From positions 2,605 to 66,604 of the forward strand of contig CAXSDP010000014.1 of NCBI GenBank assembly GCA_964235705.1: a stretch of DNA of 64,000 nucleotides, in the 5' to 3' direction. Shown here piece after piece: positions 18,341-25,967 of the stretch (the first letter of the stretch is position 1; the number at the start of each line of letters is the position of its first letter). The notes beneath the pieces are model-generated. The model was not told the DNA's origin. It did no database searches and saw nothing but the letters and a program-made list of their open reading frames with translations. The position numbers were made by a program, and so were the translations under genes. The stretch is from an uncultured Beijerinckiaceae bacterium (GTDB lineage Bacteria; Pseudomonadota; Alphaproteobacteria; Rhizobiales; Beijerinckiaceae).

Positions 18341-18979
18341 ATGTCAGAGATCCACGTCGTCACCCAGGCGAACCGGACGGACTACGATCAAATTTTGGTG
18401 GACTACCACCGTAAACGGCATGACATCTTCGTTGGCGAGCGGAGGTGGATGTCCCTTTTCAGCCCTGATGGCCTGGAAGTCGACGAGTATGACGATGAGC
18501 ACAGTATCTACTTGCTCGCGCTTGAGGGTGATACTGTCGTCGGGGGGCAACGACTCTATCCCACCCTGCGACCGCACATGATCAGCCAGACGTTCGCCCA
18601 CCTCGTCGAGGATCGCGTGCCGGTCAGCTCCCGCATCCTGGAATGGACGCGCTACTTCATCATCAAGGAGCGACGGCGGACGCAGACGGATGGGCGTTTG
18701 ATGGCATCCGTCCAGCAATACTGCCTCGAGGAAGGGATCACCGACCTCACCGCGGTAGGCGAGATGTGGTGGCTGCCGCGTTGGCAGCAGTATGGCTTCG
18801 ACGTGCGACCGCTCGGCCTGCCGCAGATGGTCGATGGCCAGCCTGCGCTCGCCGTCCGCATCGAGATCTCGGAGGAGAGCTACGAAAGCGTGCTGAGCGT
18901 CGCCGGGTTGAAGCACCAGGATCTCACTCGGTGCCGTTCGGGCGCGAGCAATGGCGGGCGTCTGGCCAATGCCGCATGA
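18341..18979 (+). CDS. luxI: Acyl-homoserine lactone synthase, BjaI/RpaI-like
   Basis: RHDIFVGERRW, DGLEVDEYDD, GGQRLYPT, LEWTRYF, EMWWLPR, PLGLP. Confidence 0.95.
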   Translation: MSEIHVVTQANRTDYDQILVDYHRKRHDIFVGERRWMSLFSPDGLEVDEYDDEHSIYLLALEGDTVVGGQRLYPTLRPHMISQTFAHLVEDRVPVSSRILEWTRYFIIKERRRTQTDGRLMASVQQYCLEEGITDLTAVGEMWWLPRWQQYGFDVRPLGLPQMVDGQPALAVRIEISEESYESVLSVAGLKHQDLTRCRSGASNGGRLANAA

Positions 18980-19184
18980 GTTACCACGATCGCGGATCGT
19001 GGAAAGTTTGGCGGCGTCCGTCGCCTCGTTCGCCGAGTGCCAATCCGCCGAAGGCTTGGCCAGCCTGATCGGCTTCTTCCACCTGGCCGTTCCTCACCGA
19101 GAGGCCAGGATCGAACTCATTGTCAGTCCTTCGGGGCGCCTGGAGCTCAGCATCGACCTTCATCCGGTGGAAGAGGGCGGTTAG
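18969..19184 (+). CDS. Small (71 aa) hypothetical protein overlapping the luxI stop
   Basis: 11-nt overlap with luxI; protein-like; an alternative 30-aa ORF starts at 18976. Confidence 0.55.
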   Translation: MPHELPRSRIVESLAASVASFAECQSAEGLASLIGFFHLAVPHREARIELIVSPSGRLELSIDLHPVEEGG

Positions 19185-19255
19185 GAGTCGCACGCTGGCG
19201 GTTTGGTCGCGGGACGCATACTGTTGCTGAAGCGAGGCTTCAGTGGGCAAGTGCA

Positions 19256-19663
19256 TTGGATTCTTTCGACGAGCTTGTTGGCACCAAGATCCGTTTCAGA
19301 CGCAACGAGTTGGGGCAGTCTCAAGAACAGCTCGCGAAAGCAAGCGGCGTCACGTTCCAGCAGGTGCAGAAGTACGAGAAAGGCAAAAATCGCGTCGCAG
19401 CCAGCCGCTTGGTGCGTATCGCCGAAGCGCTTCAGGTCCAACCGACCTACTTCTTCCCTCTGGATCCCAAGTTCGGTGCGGCGCCCTGTGGCGAACTTGA
19501 ACTTATGCGAGAAAGCTTCGGAAGCGAGGACAGACGGAAGCTTAACCGCGCCTTTGGCCAGATCGAAGCTCCCGCGTTAAGGAAGGCGATCGTCCGCTTG
19601 GTGGAAGCGCTCGCCGAGGGAAGGACAGGTTACGCCGTGGAGGAAGAAGGCGAGGGCGGCTGA
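19256..19663 (+). CDS. XRE/Cro-CI family HTH regulator
   Basis: VGTKIRFRRNELGQSQEQLAKASGVTFQQVQKYEKGKNRVAASRL; TTG start uncertain. Confidence 0.9.
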   Translation: MDSFDELVGTKIRFRRNELGQSQEQLAKASGVTFQQVQKYEKGKNRVAASRLVRIAEALQVQPTYFFPLDPKFGAAPCGELELMRESFGSEDRRKLNRAFGQIEAPALRKAIVRLVEALAEGRTGYAVEEEGEGG

Positions 19664-19981
19664 CGCGCCATCGACGGCAAACGCGCAGTCCGGCCCTCGC
19701 CGGGACATCGCGGCGCTCGGCAGCGAGGGCGACGCGGGCTGGCGATGAAGGACGCCGGCTGCGATCGCCAGCCCGAACGGTTCGGAGCAGGCCACAACGT
19801 TGGCACGATGACCGTCGTGATCGGGCCGGATCAGCCAGAGCCGATTGCGGAGCGTAATCCGCACGCCAGAAATACGCCAGAAGCGGTAGGGTTTCGGCGT
19901 TTTCGCGGCGGGACAGGAATTCTTACGTGCGGATTACAAGTCCGCGTACATTGAAAACTGCTCAGACTAGAGGCGGCAGGT

Positions 19982-20809
19982 TCAGGAGCCCGTACCTTGA
20001 ATGACACCCCCTCCATACTTGTTTACAACAAGAAAAAGGCTATTATAGAGCCGCGGCGGAAGATCGGACATCAGATTAATTTTAAAGTCACCTTTTTTAT
20101 TGCGCTCAGTAATGACAGCGATCTTTAGGTCATTGATCTCGTCAATTAAATTCTCCTCTGCCTTTTCGCTATGAGGTACAAAGAACGATACATAGTTCGC
20201 AAATCTTTCGACATCTAAGCGGTCTCTACGTATCGGAGCTGCGAGAGATTGCATGATATTTTTCATTTCCTTCAGCTCGGAAAGCACAAAGTCTTGACTT
20301 GAAACTTCTTGCTCATCGAGCTTGGCAATTTTGAATGTTCCAAACTGTTTGAGAAAGGGCGAGTAATCCGCCTCTTTTGCCGCCTTCATAGTGGCAAGTA
20401 TCTTGGAGCGGAGCGTTTCTTTAAACTTGATAATATCCGCAAAACGCAGATCTTTGGGATAGGCAATGTGTTCTACTAATCCTGTATCAAAGCTATATGG
20501 CGTCACTTCATCCTTGATTATAACTACAGGCTTGTCGAATGCCATTCTCATTCCCAACTCGAACATGACATTGGGATTACGCGAGCTGACGTCGCATACA
20601 ATCATTGGGCAATTACTTATATTCTGCACGATCGTTTTGTGAATAGTCTTAATTTCATCAGCTATGCTAACGACTGTAGCATCCATATTTGCCATCTTGA
20701 TGGCATCCTGTACTATCTCCCTCACGTCAAGCCAATGAGAAGCAGAGTATCCTTCAACAGGACTGATTGGCATTATTATACCGCAGATCTGATTGTCTCT
20801 TTCGGTCAA
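19982..20809 (-). CDS. AT-rich protein with NDT/TIR-like N-terminal domain
   Basis: CGIIMPIS...VCDVSSRNPNVMFELGMRMAFDKPVVIIKD; about 37% GC at 20041-20100 (hand count); TTG start after GGGGG. Confidence 0.75.
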   Translation of the reverse strand: MTERDNQICGIIMPISPVEGYSASHWLDVREIVQDAIKMANMDATVVSIADEIKTIHKTIVQNISNCPMIVCDVSSRNPNVMFELGMRMAFDKPVVIIKDEVTPYSFDTGLVEHIAYPKDLRFADIIKFKETLRSKILATMKAAKEADYSPFLKQFGTFKIAKLDEQEVSSQDFVLSELKEMKNIMQSLAAPIRRDRLDVERFANYVSFFVPHSEKAEENLIDEINDLKIAVITERNKKGDFKINLMSDLPPRLYNSLFLVVNKYGGGVIQGTGS

Positions 20810-20849
20810 GGTGTGACCCCCCGTTTGGTGACCATAAATCTTTGTACTT

Positions 20850-21284
20850 CTATGCTGCTTCAACACCGATGATTAATCGCCTACCGAGAGCGGCCAGCAC
20901 GGCCATCAGCGTCGACATCTTGGTCGGATGATCGGGATCGAGGATGCGCCGCACCTCGCGCCCGTCCTTGCCGAGCCGCTCGCCGAGTTCGGCCTGGGTG
21001 ATGCCGGACTCGCGGAACGCCTCCAGCACCGCCAGCTTCGCCGCGACGTCGGCGTCGACGGAAACCATGACCTGCCCCGCCTTGGCCTTCGACGCTTTCG
21101 GCAGCGGCCGCTTCATCTCGAAGAGGGTGAGCAGCGCCACACCGAGCGCGTCGCTGCCCATCGCCCGCGCGTCAGCCTCGCCGTTGCCCTCGGTGATCGC
21201 CTCCGGCACGTCGGGGAAGGTGACCACGAGGACGCCGGGGTTTTCGCCCGGCTCGAAGATCGCTGGGTACGTGAACATGCGCAT
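20850..21284 (-). CDS. hicB: HicB antitoxin
   Basis: YPAIFEP...VVTFPDVPEAITEG...A; C-terminal HTH (SGITQAELGERLG...RRILDP). Confidence 0.93.
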   Translation of the reverse strand: MRMFTYPAIFEPGENPGVLVVTFPDVPEAITEGNGEADARAMGSDALGVALLTLFEMKRPLPKASKAKAGQVMVSVDADVAAKLAVLEAFRESGITQAELGERLGKDGREVRRILDPDHPTKMSTLMAVLAALGRRLIIGVEAA

Positions 21285-21319
21285 GGATCCCTCCTTGAAC
21301 GAAATGGACCGGCTCGGCC

Positions 21320-21517
21320 TCAGGTGAGGCCGAACTTCTTCCTGATCTTGCCGGCGGTGACCGGGTCGATCTCCCGGCTCGGTAGGATCGTCACCTTGTC
21401 GCCCACGCGGACGATGCAGTGGCCGCCCTTGCCGCGCCCCTTGTCGACCGAGAAGGAAAGGCCCCGGGCCTTGGCGGCGTCGCGAAGCTCGTTGATGAAG
21501 CGATCCCGCTTGTCCAT
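21320..21517 (-). CDS. hicA: HicA toxin (dsRBD-like RNase)
   Basis: 65 aa, basic, GKGGH motif, directly upstream of hicB. Confidence 0.88.
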   Translation of the reverse strand: MDKRDRFINELRDAAKARGLSFSVDKGRGKGGHCIVRVGDKVTILPSREIDPVTAGKIRKKFGLT

Positions 21518-21547
21518 GGCCTTGGTCTCTCCGTCCGATGAAGAGAT

Positions 21548-21602
21548 AATAGGACATAAATGCCCTCATGGCAAGCACTGATTAGGCGTTTTTTGTCCTA
21601 TT
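21548..21602. promoter_or_regulatory. Inverted repeat AATAGGACA...TGTCCTATT, probable HicB operator
   Basis: Perfect 9-bp arms (21548-21556, 21594-21602) between the divergent hicA and 21669 ORFs. Confidence 0.6.
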
Positions 21603-21668
21603 TTCTCCTTGCGTAAAGCGTCCCGCAGAGCGATGTTGGTCCGACGCAGAGAACGAGGGGCGGCGACG

Positions 21669-21896
21669 ATGAAGCAGGTCAGCAAGACCCATGAGAAGAT
21701 GATGGCGGTGCTCGAGACCATCGCTCGGAAGCACCTCTCCCTGGAGACGTTGGCCACGCGCAACGGCGACGGCCTCGACTTCTCCGACCAGGCGGTTTGG
21801 TCGCTTGAGGCCGCGCTGCGTGCCGCCTACGACGCGGGTATGGCGGCTCGGAGCGGGCGGGCCCAGCAGGTGACGGGCTCGCTGGCGGTGAACTGA
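21669..21896 (+). CDS. DUF6900-like small protein
   Basis: IARKHLSLETLATRNGDGLDFSDQAVWSLEAALRAAYDAG. Confidence 0.75.
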   Translation: MKQVSKTHEKMMAVLETIARKHLSLETLATRNGDGLDFSDQAVWSLEAALRAAYDAGMAARSGRAQQVTGSLAVN

Positions 21897-21923
21897 CGAG
21901 GGCGCCCACGGGCCTCAGACGCG

Positions 21924-21957
21924 AAAAAAGCCCCGCCTCGCCGGAGCGAGACGGGGC
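21924..21957 (-). terminator. Rho-independent terminator ending the late/lysis operon
   Basis: GCCCCG-CTCGC hairpin with CGGA loop followed by TTTTTT on the minus strand. Confidence 0.8.
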
Positions 21958-22052
21958 GAAGTCATGGGAGGAAACGCCCTACGTGGGCGTGGACTGATGA
22001 TGCAGGATCCGTGCTTGCGCGAACCTGTCTATGTAGCCGCAGCCTGTTGAGG

Positions 22053-22559
22053 CTAGCGCAGCTCCACCATCGGATGCGCTCCAGAGCCGAGGTGGGCGTT
22101 CCAAACCACGAAGGTGACGAAGAAGCCGGCGGCGACGATGAAGCCGGTCGACACCCAGCGCGCGCGGGGCACCCTACCCTCGACGGCGTTCGGCGCCCAA
22201 AGGTGCAGGAGCACGCCGACGAGGCCGATGTACATGATCGCGGTCTCCCAGTCGGAGTTGAAGATGTCCGGCCAGCCGCCGTTTCGCCCGACGAAGGAGA
22301 CGAGGCGCTGCGCCAGCATCGACAGGGCCACCAGGAAGATGCCGGAGCCGAGGTAGTCGCCCTTGGTCGGCACGCGGGCCGACAAGGCCACGACGAGCAC
22401 GGGCGAGTAGGCGACGCACACGCCTGCCGTCGCCGAGGCGACCAAGCCATTCAACATCAGGATGAGGAAGGGCGAGTCGGTCAGGGCCGCGACGAGGAGG
22501 TACCCGACGGCGCACGATGCGAGGAAACGGAGCAACCGGCCGTGTCGAAGGTCAGCCAT
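22053..22559 (-). CDS. Multi-pass membrane protein, last gene of the lysis region
   Basis: About 5 hydrophobic segments; overlaps the upstream ORF. Confidence 0.75.
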   Translation of the reverse strand: MADLRHGRLLRFLASCAVGYLLVAALTDSPFLILMLNGLVASATAGVCVAYSPVLVVALSARVPTKGDYLGSGIFLVALSMLAQRLVSFVGRNGGWPDIFNSDWETAIMYIGLVGVLLHLWAPNAVEGRVPRARWVSTGFIVAAGFFVTFVVWNAHLGSGAHPMVELR

Positions 22560-22776
22560 CCGCGTCATCGTGTTTTCCCATGCGTTTGAAGAGGTCGTTC
22601 ATCGTGTCCCGCAGGGCGCGCTCGTGGGACGCGTTGGCGGCGACCGTCACCCGCTGGTGCTCGGCGACGGCGGCGTCGACGTCGCGGGCGATGAGGTCGA
22701 TGGTCGTGGCGGGTTCGCCCGCCGGCGGGTCCGGCTTGAAGAGCCTGCGAAGGATCGGTCCCAGGAACCGCATCAT
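22552..22776 (-). CDS. Small hypothetical protein
   Basis: MMRFLGPILRRLF...; overlaps genes on both sides. Confidence 0.65.
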   Translation of the reverse strand: MMRFLGPILRRLFKPDPPAGEPATTIDLIARDVDAAVAEHQRVTVAANASHERALRDTMNDLFKRMGKHDDADG

Positions 22777-23135
22777 CGGCTCCTCGTCCGACGCGGGCCG
22801 AACGCCTCCTTCATCCAGTCCTTCACCGCCGCGAGCTCGTCGGCCAAGGCCGCCAGCATCTTCGTCAGGTCCTTGTCGCCCTGCCCGCGCGCGGCGATCG
22901 TCTCCGTCGCGGTCACCGTCACCTTCACCAGCGCGGTGGCGTCCTGGAGCCGCTTCTCCTGCAGGATCGCGATCTCCGCCCGAAGCGCCGCGTTCTCCGC
23001 CTCCTTGCCGGTCAACCGCTTGGCCAGCAGCCAGCAGATCGCACCAAGCAGCATGAGAACGAGCGCATAGGCGCCCCAGCTCTTCAGCGCTTCGCCCCAG
23101 ATCGCGGGGACGAGCGTCGTCGCTGCGCTGTCCAT
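22773..23135 (-). CDS. Single-TM coiled-coil protein (holin-like)
   Basis: WGAYALVLMLLGAICWLL TM segment followed by a heptad region. Confidence 0.7.
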   Translation of the reverse strand: MDSAATTLVPAIWGEALKSWGAYALVLMLLGAICWLLAKRLTGKEAENAALRAEIAILQEKRLQDATALVKVTVTATETIAARGQGDKDLTKMLAALADELAAVKDWMKEAFGPRRTRSR

Positions 23136-23161
23136 CGCTCATCTCCATTCGCCTCGCTGGG

Positions 23162-23473
23162 CTAGTCCCGCGCGCCAGGGGCGCCGTAGTGCTGGACGAC
23201 GTCGGCGTAGAAGGCGGCGTCCGCGCCGAGGCGGGCGTTGGCGTCGAGCCGGCCGGCCTTCTCCCGCGCGGCGTAGGCGCGGGCGTCCTCGCCGGCCTGG
23301 GCGGGCGGTACGACCACCGGTACGCCGAACGACGCCGGCGCCGGCGGCAGCACCGGCCTAGCGGCGAGCACCGGCGGCGCCGAGGCCGCGCAGCCGGCGA
23401 GCGTCGTCGCCAGACAGACGGCAGCCATCAGGATGAGAGGCGCGCGTGGGCTTCGAGGCGAGTTCGGACGCAT
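23162..23473 (-). CDS. Outer-membrane spanin (Rz1-like lipoprotein)
   Basis: Lipobox LAGC, Pro-rich mature part, overlaps the i-spanin 3' end. Confidence 0.75.
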   Translation of the reverse strand: MRPNSPRSPRAPLILMAAVCLATTLAGCAASAPPVLAARPVLPPAPASFGVPVVVPPAQAGEDARAYAAREKAGRLDANARLGADAAFYADVVQHYGAPGARD

Positions 23474-23861
23474 AGGCTTGGACCTGTCGCTGGAGGGTGT
23501 CGGCGGTCGCGGCGGCGGTGCGCTCGCGCTGAGCGGCGGCATCGGCGATGTCGTGTTGCGCCCGGGCCTGCCTGGCATTCTCATCGGCCCACGCCGTCGC
23601 GACGGCGAGATCGGCGCCCAGGCGGTGCGAGCGATCCGAAGCGGCGTCGAGCGCGGCCCGCGCTTCCCAGCCCACCACGACGGCCATCAGGCAGGCCATG
23701 GCGATCCGTCCGCTCGACGAGCGCGCGAGGCCGCGCAGGCGACCGGACACCCCGGGGATGAAGCAGGCGCCCACAAGGAGTATCGGCAGGCCGAGCACGG
23801 CGTGGGCGAGGGCGAAGCGCCCAAGGTCCGCCGCGAGGGCGTCGAGGATCAGGCGGCGCAT
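23358..23861 (-). CDS. Inner-membrane spanin (Rz-like)
   Basis: N-terminal TM segments, Ala-rich coiled coil, C-terminal GCRLSGDDARRL. Confidence 0.75.
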   Translation of the reverse strand: MRRLILDALAADLGRFALAHAVLGLPILLVGACFIPGVSGRLRGLARSSSGRIAMACLMAVVVGWEARAALDAASDRSHRLGADLAVATAWADENARQARAQHDIADAAAQRERTAAATADTLQRQVQAYASELASKPTRASHPDGCRLSGDDARRLRGLGAAGARR

Positions 23862-23970
23862 GGAAGGCTCCGGTGGGAGGATGGGGGACGACGCGCCGAC
23901 CCGTCGCGCGAGCGCGGGGCGTTCAACCCGTCTCGGGCGAGGCCGAGGCCGGCGCGTCGAACTCGGGAAG

Positions 23971-24381
23971 TCAGGCCCCCGGCGCTGGCGTCGGCACCGG
24001 CTCGGGGGTGATCGCGGCGGCGTCGGCGAGGCCCTGGCTGTGGAGGGCGGCGAGGAGCATCGGACCGAGGAAGCCGGCGACGAGGATCACGATGCCGACG
24101 ACGCGGGCCTGCGTGTCGGGGAGGTAGCGGCCCCAATCCGTGCCGGCGATCTGCGCGTAGAGCGGACCCACAATCGGCACGAGGGACGTCGCGAAGGCCA
24201 GGATGACGACCTTGAGACCGTGAAGGCGCAGCATGATGCGCGCGATCAGGCTCGCCTCGGCGGCGCCGATCCGCTCGTAGAGCCCGGCCGTCAGCCGGAA
24301 GCTGTGATGGTTCGGTCGGATCAGCAGGAACCAGACGACGAGCTGGGCGGCGAGCGCCAGCGGAAGGAGCACGAGGAGCAT
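23971..24381 (-). CDS. Holin-like membrane protein
   Basis: Three hydrophobic segments, directly after the endolysin. Confidence 0.6.
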   Translation of the reverse strand: MLLVLLPLALAAQLVVWFLLIRPNHHSFRLTAGLYERIGAAEASLIARIMLRLHGLKVVILAFATSLVPIVGPLYAQIAGTDWGRYLPDTQARVVGIVILVAGFLGPMLLAALHSQGLADAAAITPEPVPTPAPGA

Positions 24382-24391
24382 GGTGGTGGCC

Positions 24392-25276
24392 CTAGTTGGA
24401 GGACGCGATCGCGGCGGTGCCGGATGGGATCGACACGCCGCCGGGCACCCCGCTGATCGCGGCGAAGGCGGCGCCGCGCTTGGCGAAGACGCTCGCGCGC
24501 AGGAGGAGCGCGATGGTGGCGGCGATCGCCGCGATCGCGACGCCGAGCACGAGCCAGCTGAGTGCCGTGTCGGCGGCGAGCGAGGCGGCCAGGATGCCGC
24601 CGCCGGCGAGCGTCACGCCGACCGCCTCGTTCGTGTTGGTGGAAGCCTGGGCGGCGCGTGCCGCCAGGTGGGCGTTAGCGTCGCCGGGATGGATCCCCAC
24701 CTGGTGCGCGTAGGCCTCCGCGAGGCGGGTGTCATACCCCTTGGTCGCCGGTCCGTTGTAGAGGCGGGCGAAGCTCGGCCAGTCCTTCGCGACGAGGGCG
24801 GCGCGCATGTGCGGGCTGGCGACGATGAAGTGCGCCATGGCGGCGAGGTGCTCGTCCTCGCCGCCGGCGACGAAGGCAGTCACCATCGCGGTCGCGCTCG
24901 GATAGCCTGCGGCGGCGTGGTTCTCGCCGAGGATCTGCGGCAGACCCCACGAGGTGGAGCGAAGCGCCGCCTCCTCGTCGATCGCCATGGCGGCGGCGAT
25001 GCGCCCGTAGGAGTCGTGCGGGTACGGCTTGGCGCCCCAGCGCGGGTAGGCGAGGCCGGACGCCACGGCGCGGTCGCGCTTGTCGCCCTGGAGGTTGCGG
25101 TGGAAGATGTGCGGCTCGAACAGCGCCTTGGGACGGTGTTCGTCGTCGAAGCCGGAGCAGGACGCCTCGACCTGGATGTCGGCGAGCAGCGCGTCGACCG
25201 CGCAGCCGATCAGGGCGGCCGCCGCGGCGACCCCGCCGTCCGTGCGCTTGGTCGCGGTGCCGGTGAAGTTCAGCAT
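24392..25276 (-). CDS. Endolysin, N-acetylmuramidase (DUF3380-type) with C-terminal hydrophobic tail
   Basis: QVEAS...LFEPHIF; STSWGLPQILGEN; FARLYNGP...YDTRLAEAY. Confidence 0.9.
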   Translation of the reverse strand: MLNFTGTATKRTDGGVAAAAALIGCAVDALLADIQVEASCSGFDDEHRPKALFEPHIFHRNLQGDKRDRAVASGLAYPRWGAKPYPHDSYGRIAAAMAIDEEAALRSTSWGLPQILGENHAAAGYPSATAMVTAFVAGGEDEHLAAMAHFIVASPHMRAALVAKDWPSFARLYNGPATKGYDTRLAEAYAHQVGIHPGDANAHLAARAAQASTNTNEAVGVTLAGGGILAASLAADTALSWLVLGVAIAAIAATIALLLRASVFAKRGAAFAAISGVPGGVSIPSGTAAIASSN

Positions 25277-25283
25277 GGTGGCC

Positions 25284-25661
25284 TCAGTTCAGGCGGGTGA
25301 AGTTGACGATCGCGGTGCCGGCGCGCTCGAAGCCGAGGACGCGCGCGGCGCCGCGTGAGAGGTCGAGGACGCGGCCGGACCATGCCGCCGGGCCGCGATC
25401 GTTGACGACCACGACCACGGAGCGCCGGCCGAGGCGGACGCGCAGGCGGCAGCCAAGCGGCAGCGAGCGGTGGGCGGCCGACAGTCCCATCGGCCGCCAC
25501 ACCGCGCCGGAGGCCGTGCGGCCGTGCCCCATCTCCGCCCCGTAGAAGCTGGCGCGGCCGCTTTCGGCACGGGCCGGCGCGGCGCTCGCCATGCCGAGGC
25601 ACAGGCCAAGAAAAAGGCCCGCTTGCGCGAGCCTGGGAAGCGTCGTCACGACCGTCGTCAC
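25284..25661 (-). CDS. rlpA: RlpA-like double-psi beta-barrel lytic transglycosylase with signal peptide
   Basis: GRASFYG...TASG; AAHRSLPLG; VVNDRGP; RVLDLSRGAA. Confidence 0.9.
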   Translation of the reverse strand: MTTVVTTLPRLAQAGLFLGLCLGMASAAPARAESGRASFYGAEMGHGRTASGAVWRPMGLSAAHRSLPLGCRLRVRLGRRSVVVVVNDRGPAAWSGRVLDLSRGAARVLGFERAGTAIVNFTRLN

Positions 25662-25663
25662 GA

Positions 25664-25939
25664 TCAGCTCGAAGGGGCCGTCGACGTCGTCGACGTGGAG
25701 GGCGAAGCCGCCGCGGGTGCGGGTGCCAGGGTCAGGGTGACGGCGGCGCCGGTCTTGTAGGCGGCGATCTGATCGGCGGTCGGGTTGGTGATCACCACGG
25801 GGAAGGTCTTGGCCATCTTCACGTTGCCGGGCAGCGTCGTCGACACGTCGACGTGCACCGTCAGGGTCGGCGCCTCGGGGTTGTCGTCGGCGACGGCGTT
25901 CTTGACCGTGTGGGAAAGGGCGACGGGTGCGGCGGACAT
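25664..25939 (-). CDS. Hypothetical phage protein
   Basis: GGAGG RBS; in line with the operon. Confidence 0.65.
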   Translation of the reverse strand: MSAAPVALSHTVKNAVADDNPEAPTLTVHVDVSTTLPGNVKMAKTFPVVITNPTADQIAAYKTGAAVTLTLAPAPAAASPSTSTTSTAPSS

Positions 25940-25967
25940 GGCGGCCTCCAAGCTGATGGGGTTCGGG

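Noticed and set aside
19037-19255. N-terminal extension of the XRE ORF in the track
   Set aside because: Overlaps the 71-aa ORF and is not protein-like; the HTH starts near 19256.
20810-21578. Track ORFs extending hicB to 21578 and the NDT-like gene to 20866
   Set aside because: They would overlap hicA and hicB; better starts with RBS exist at 21284 and 20809.
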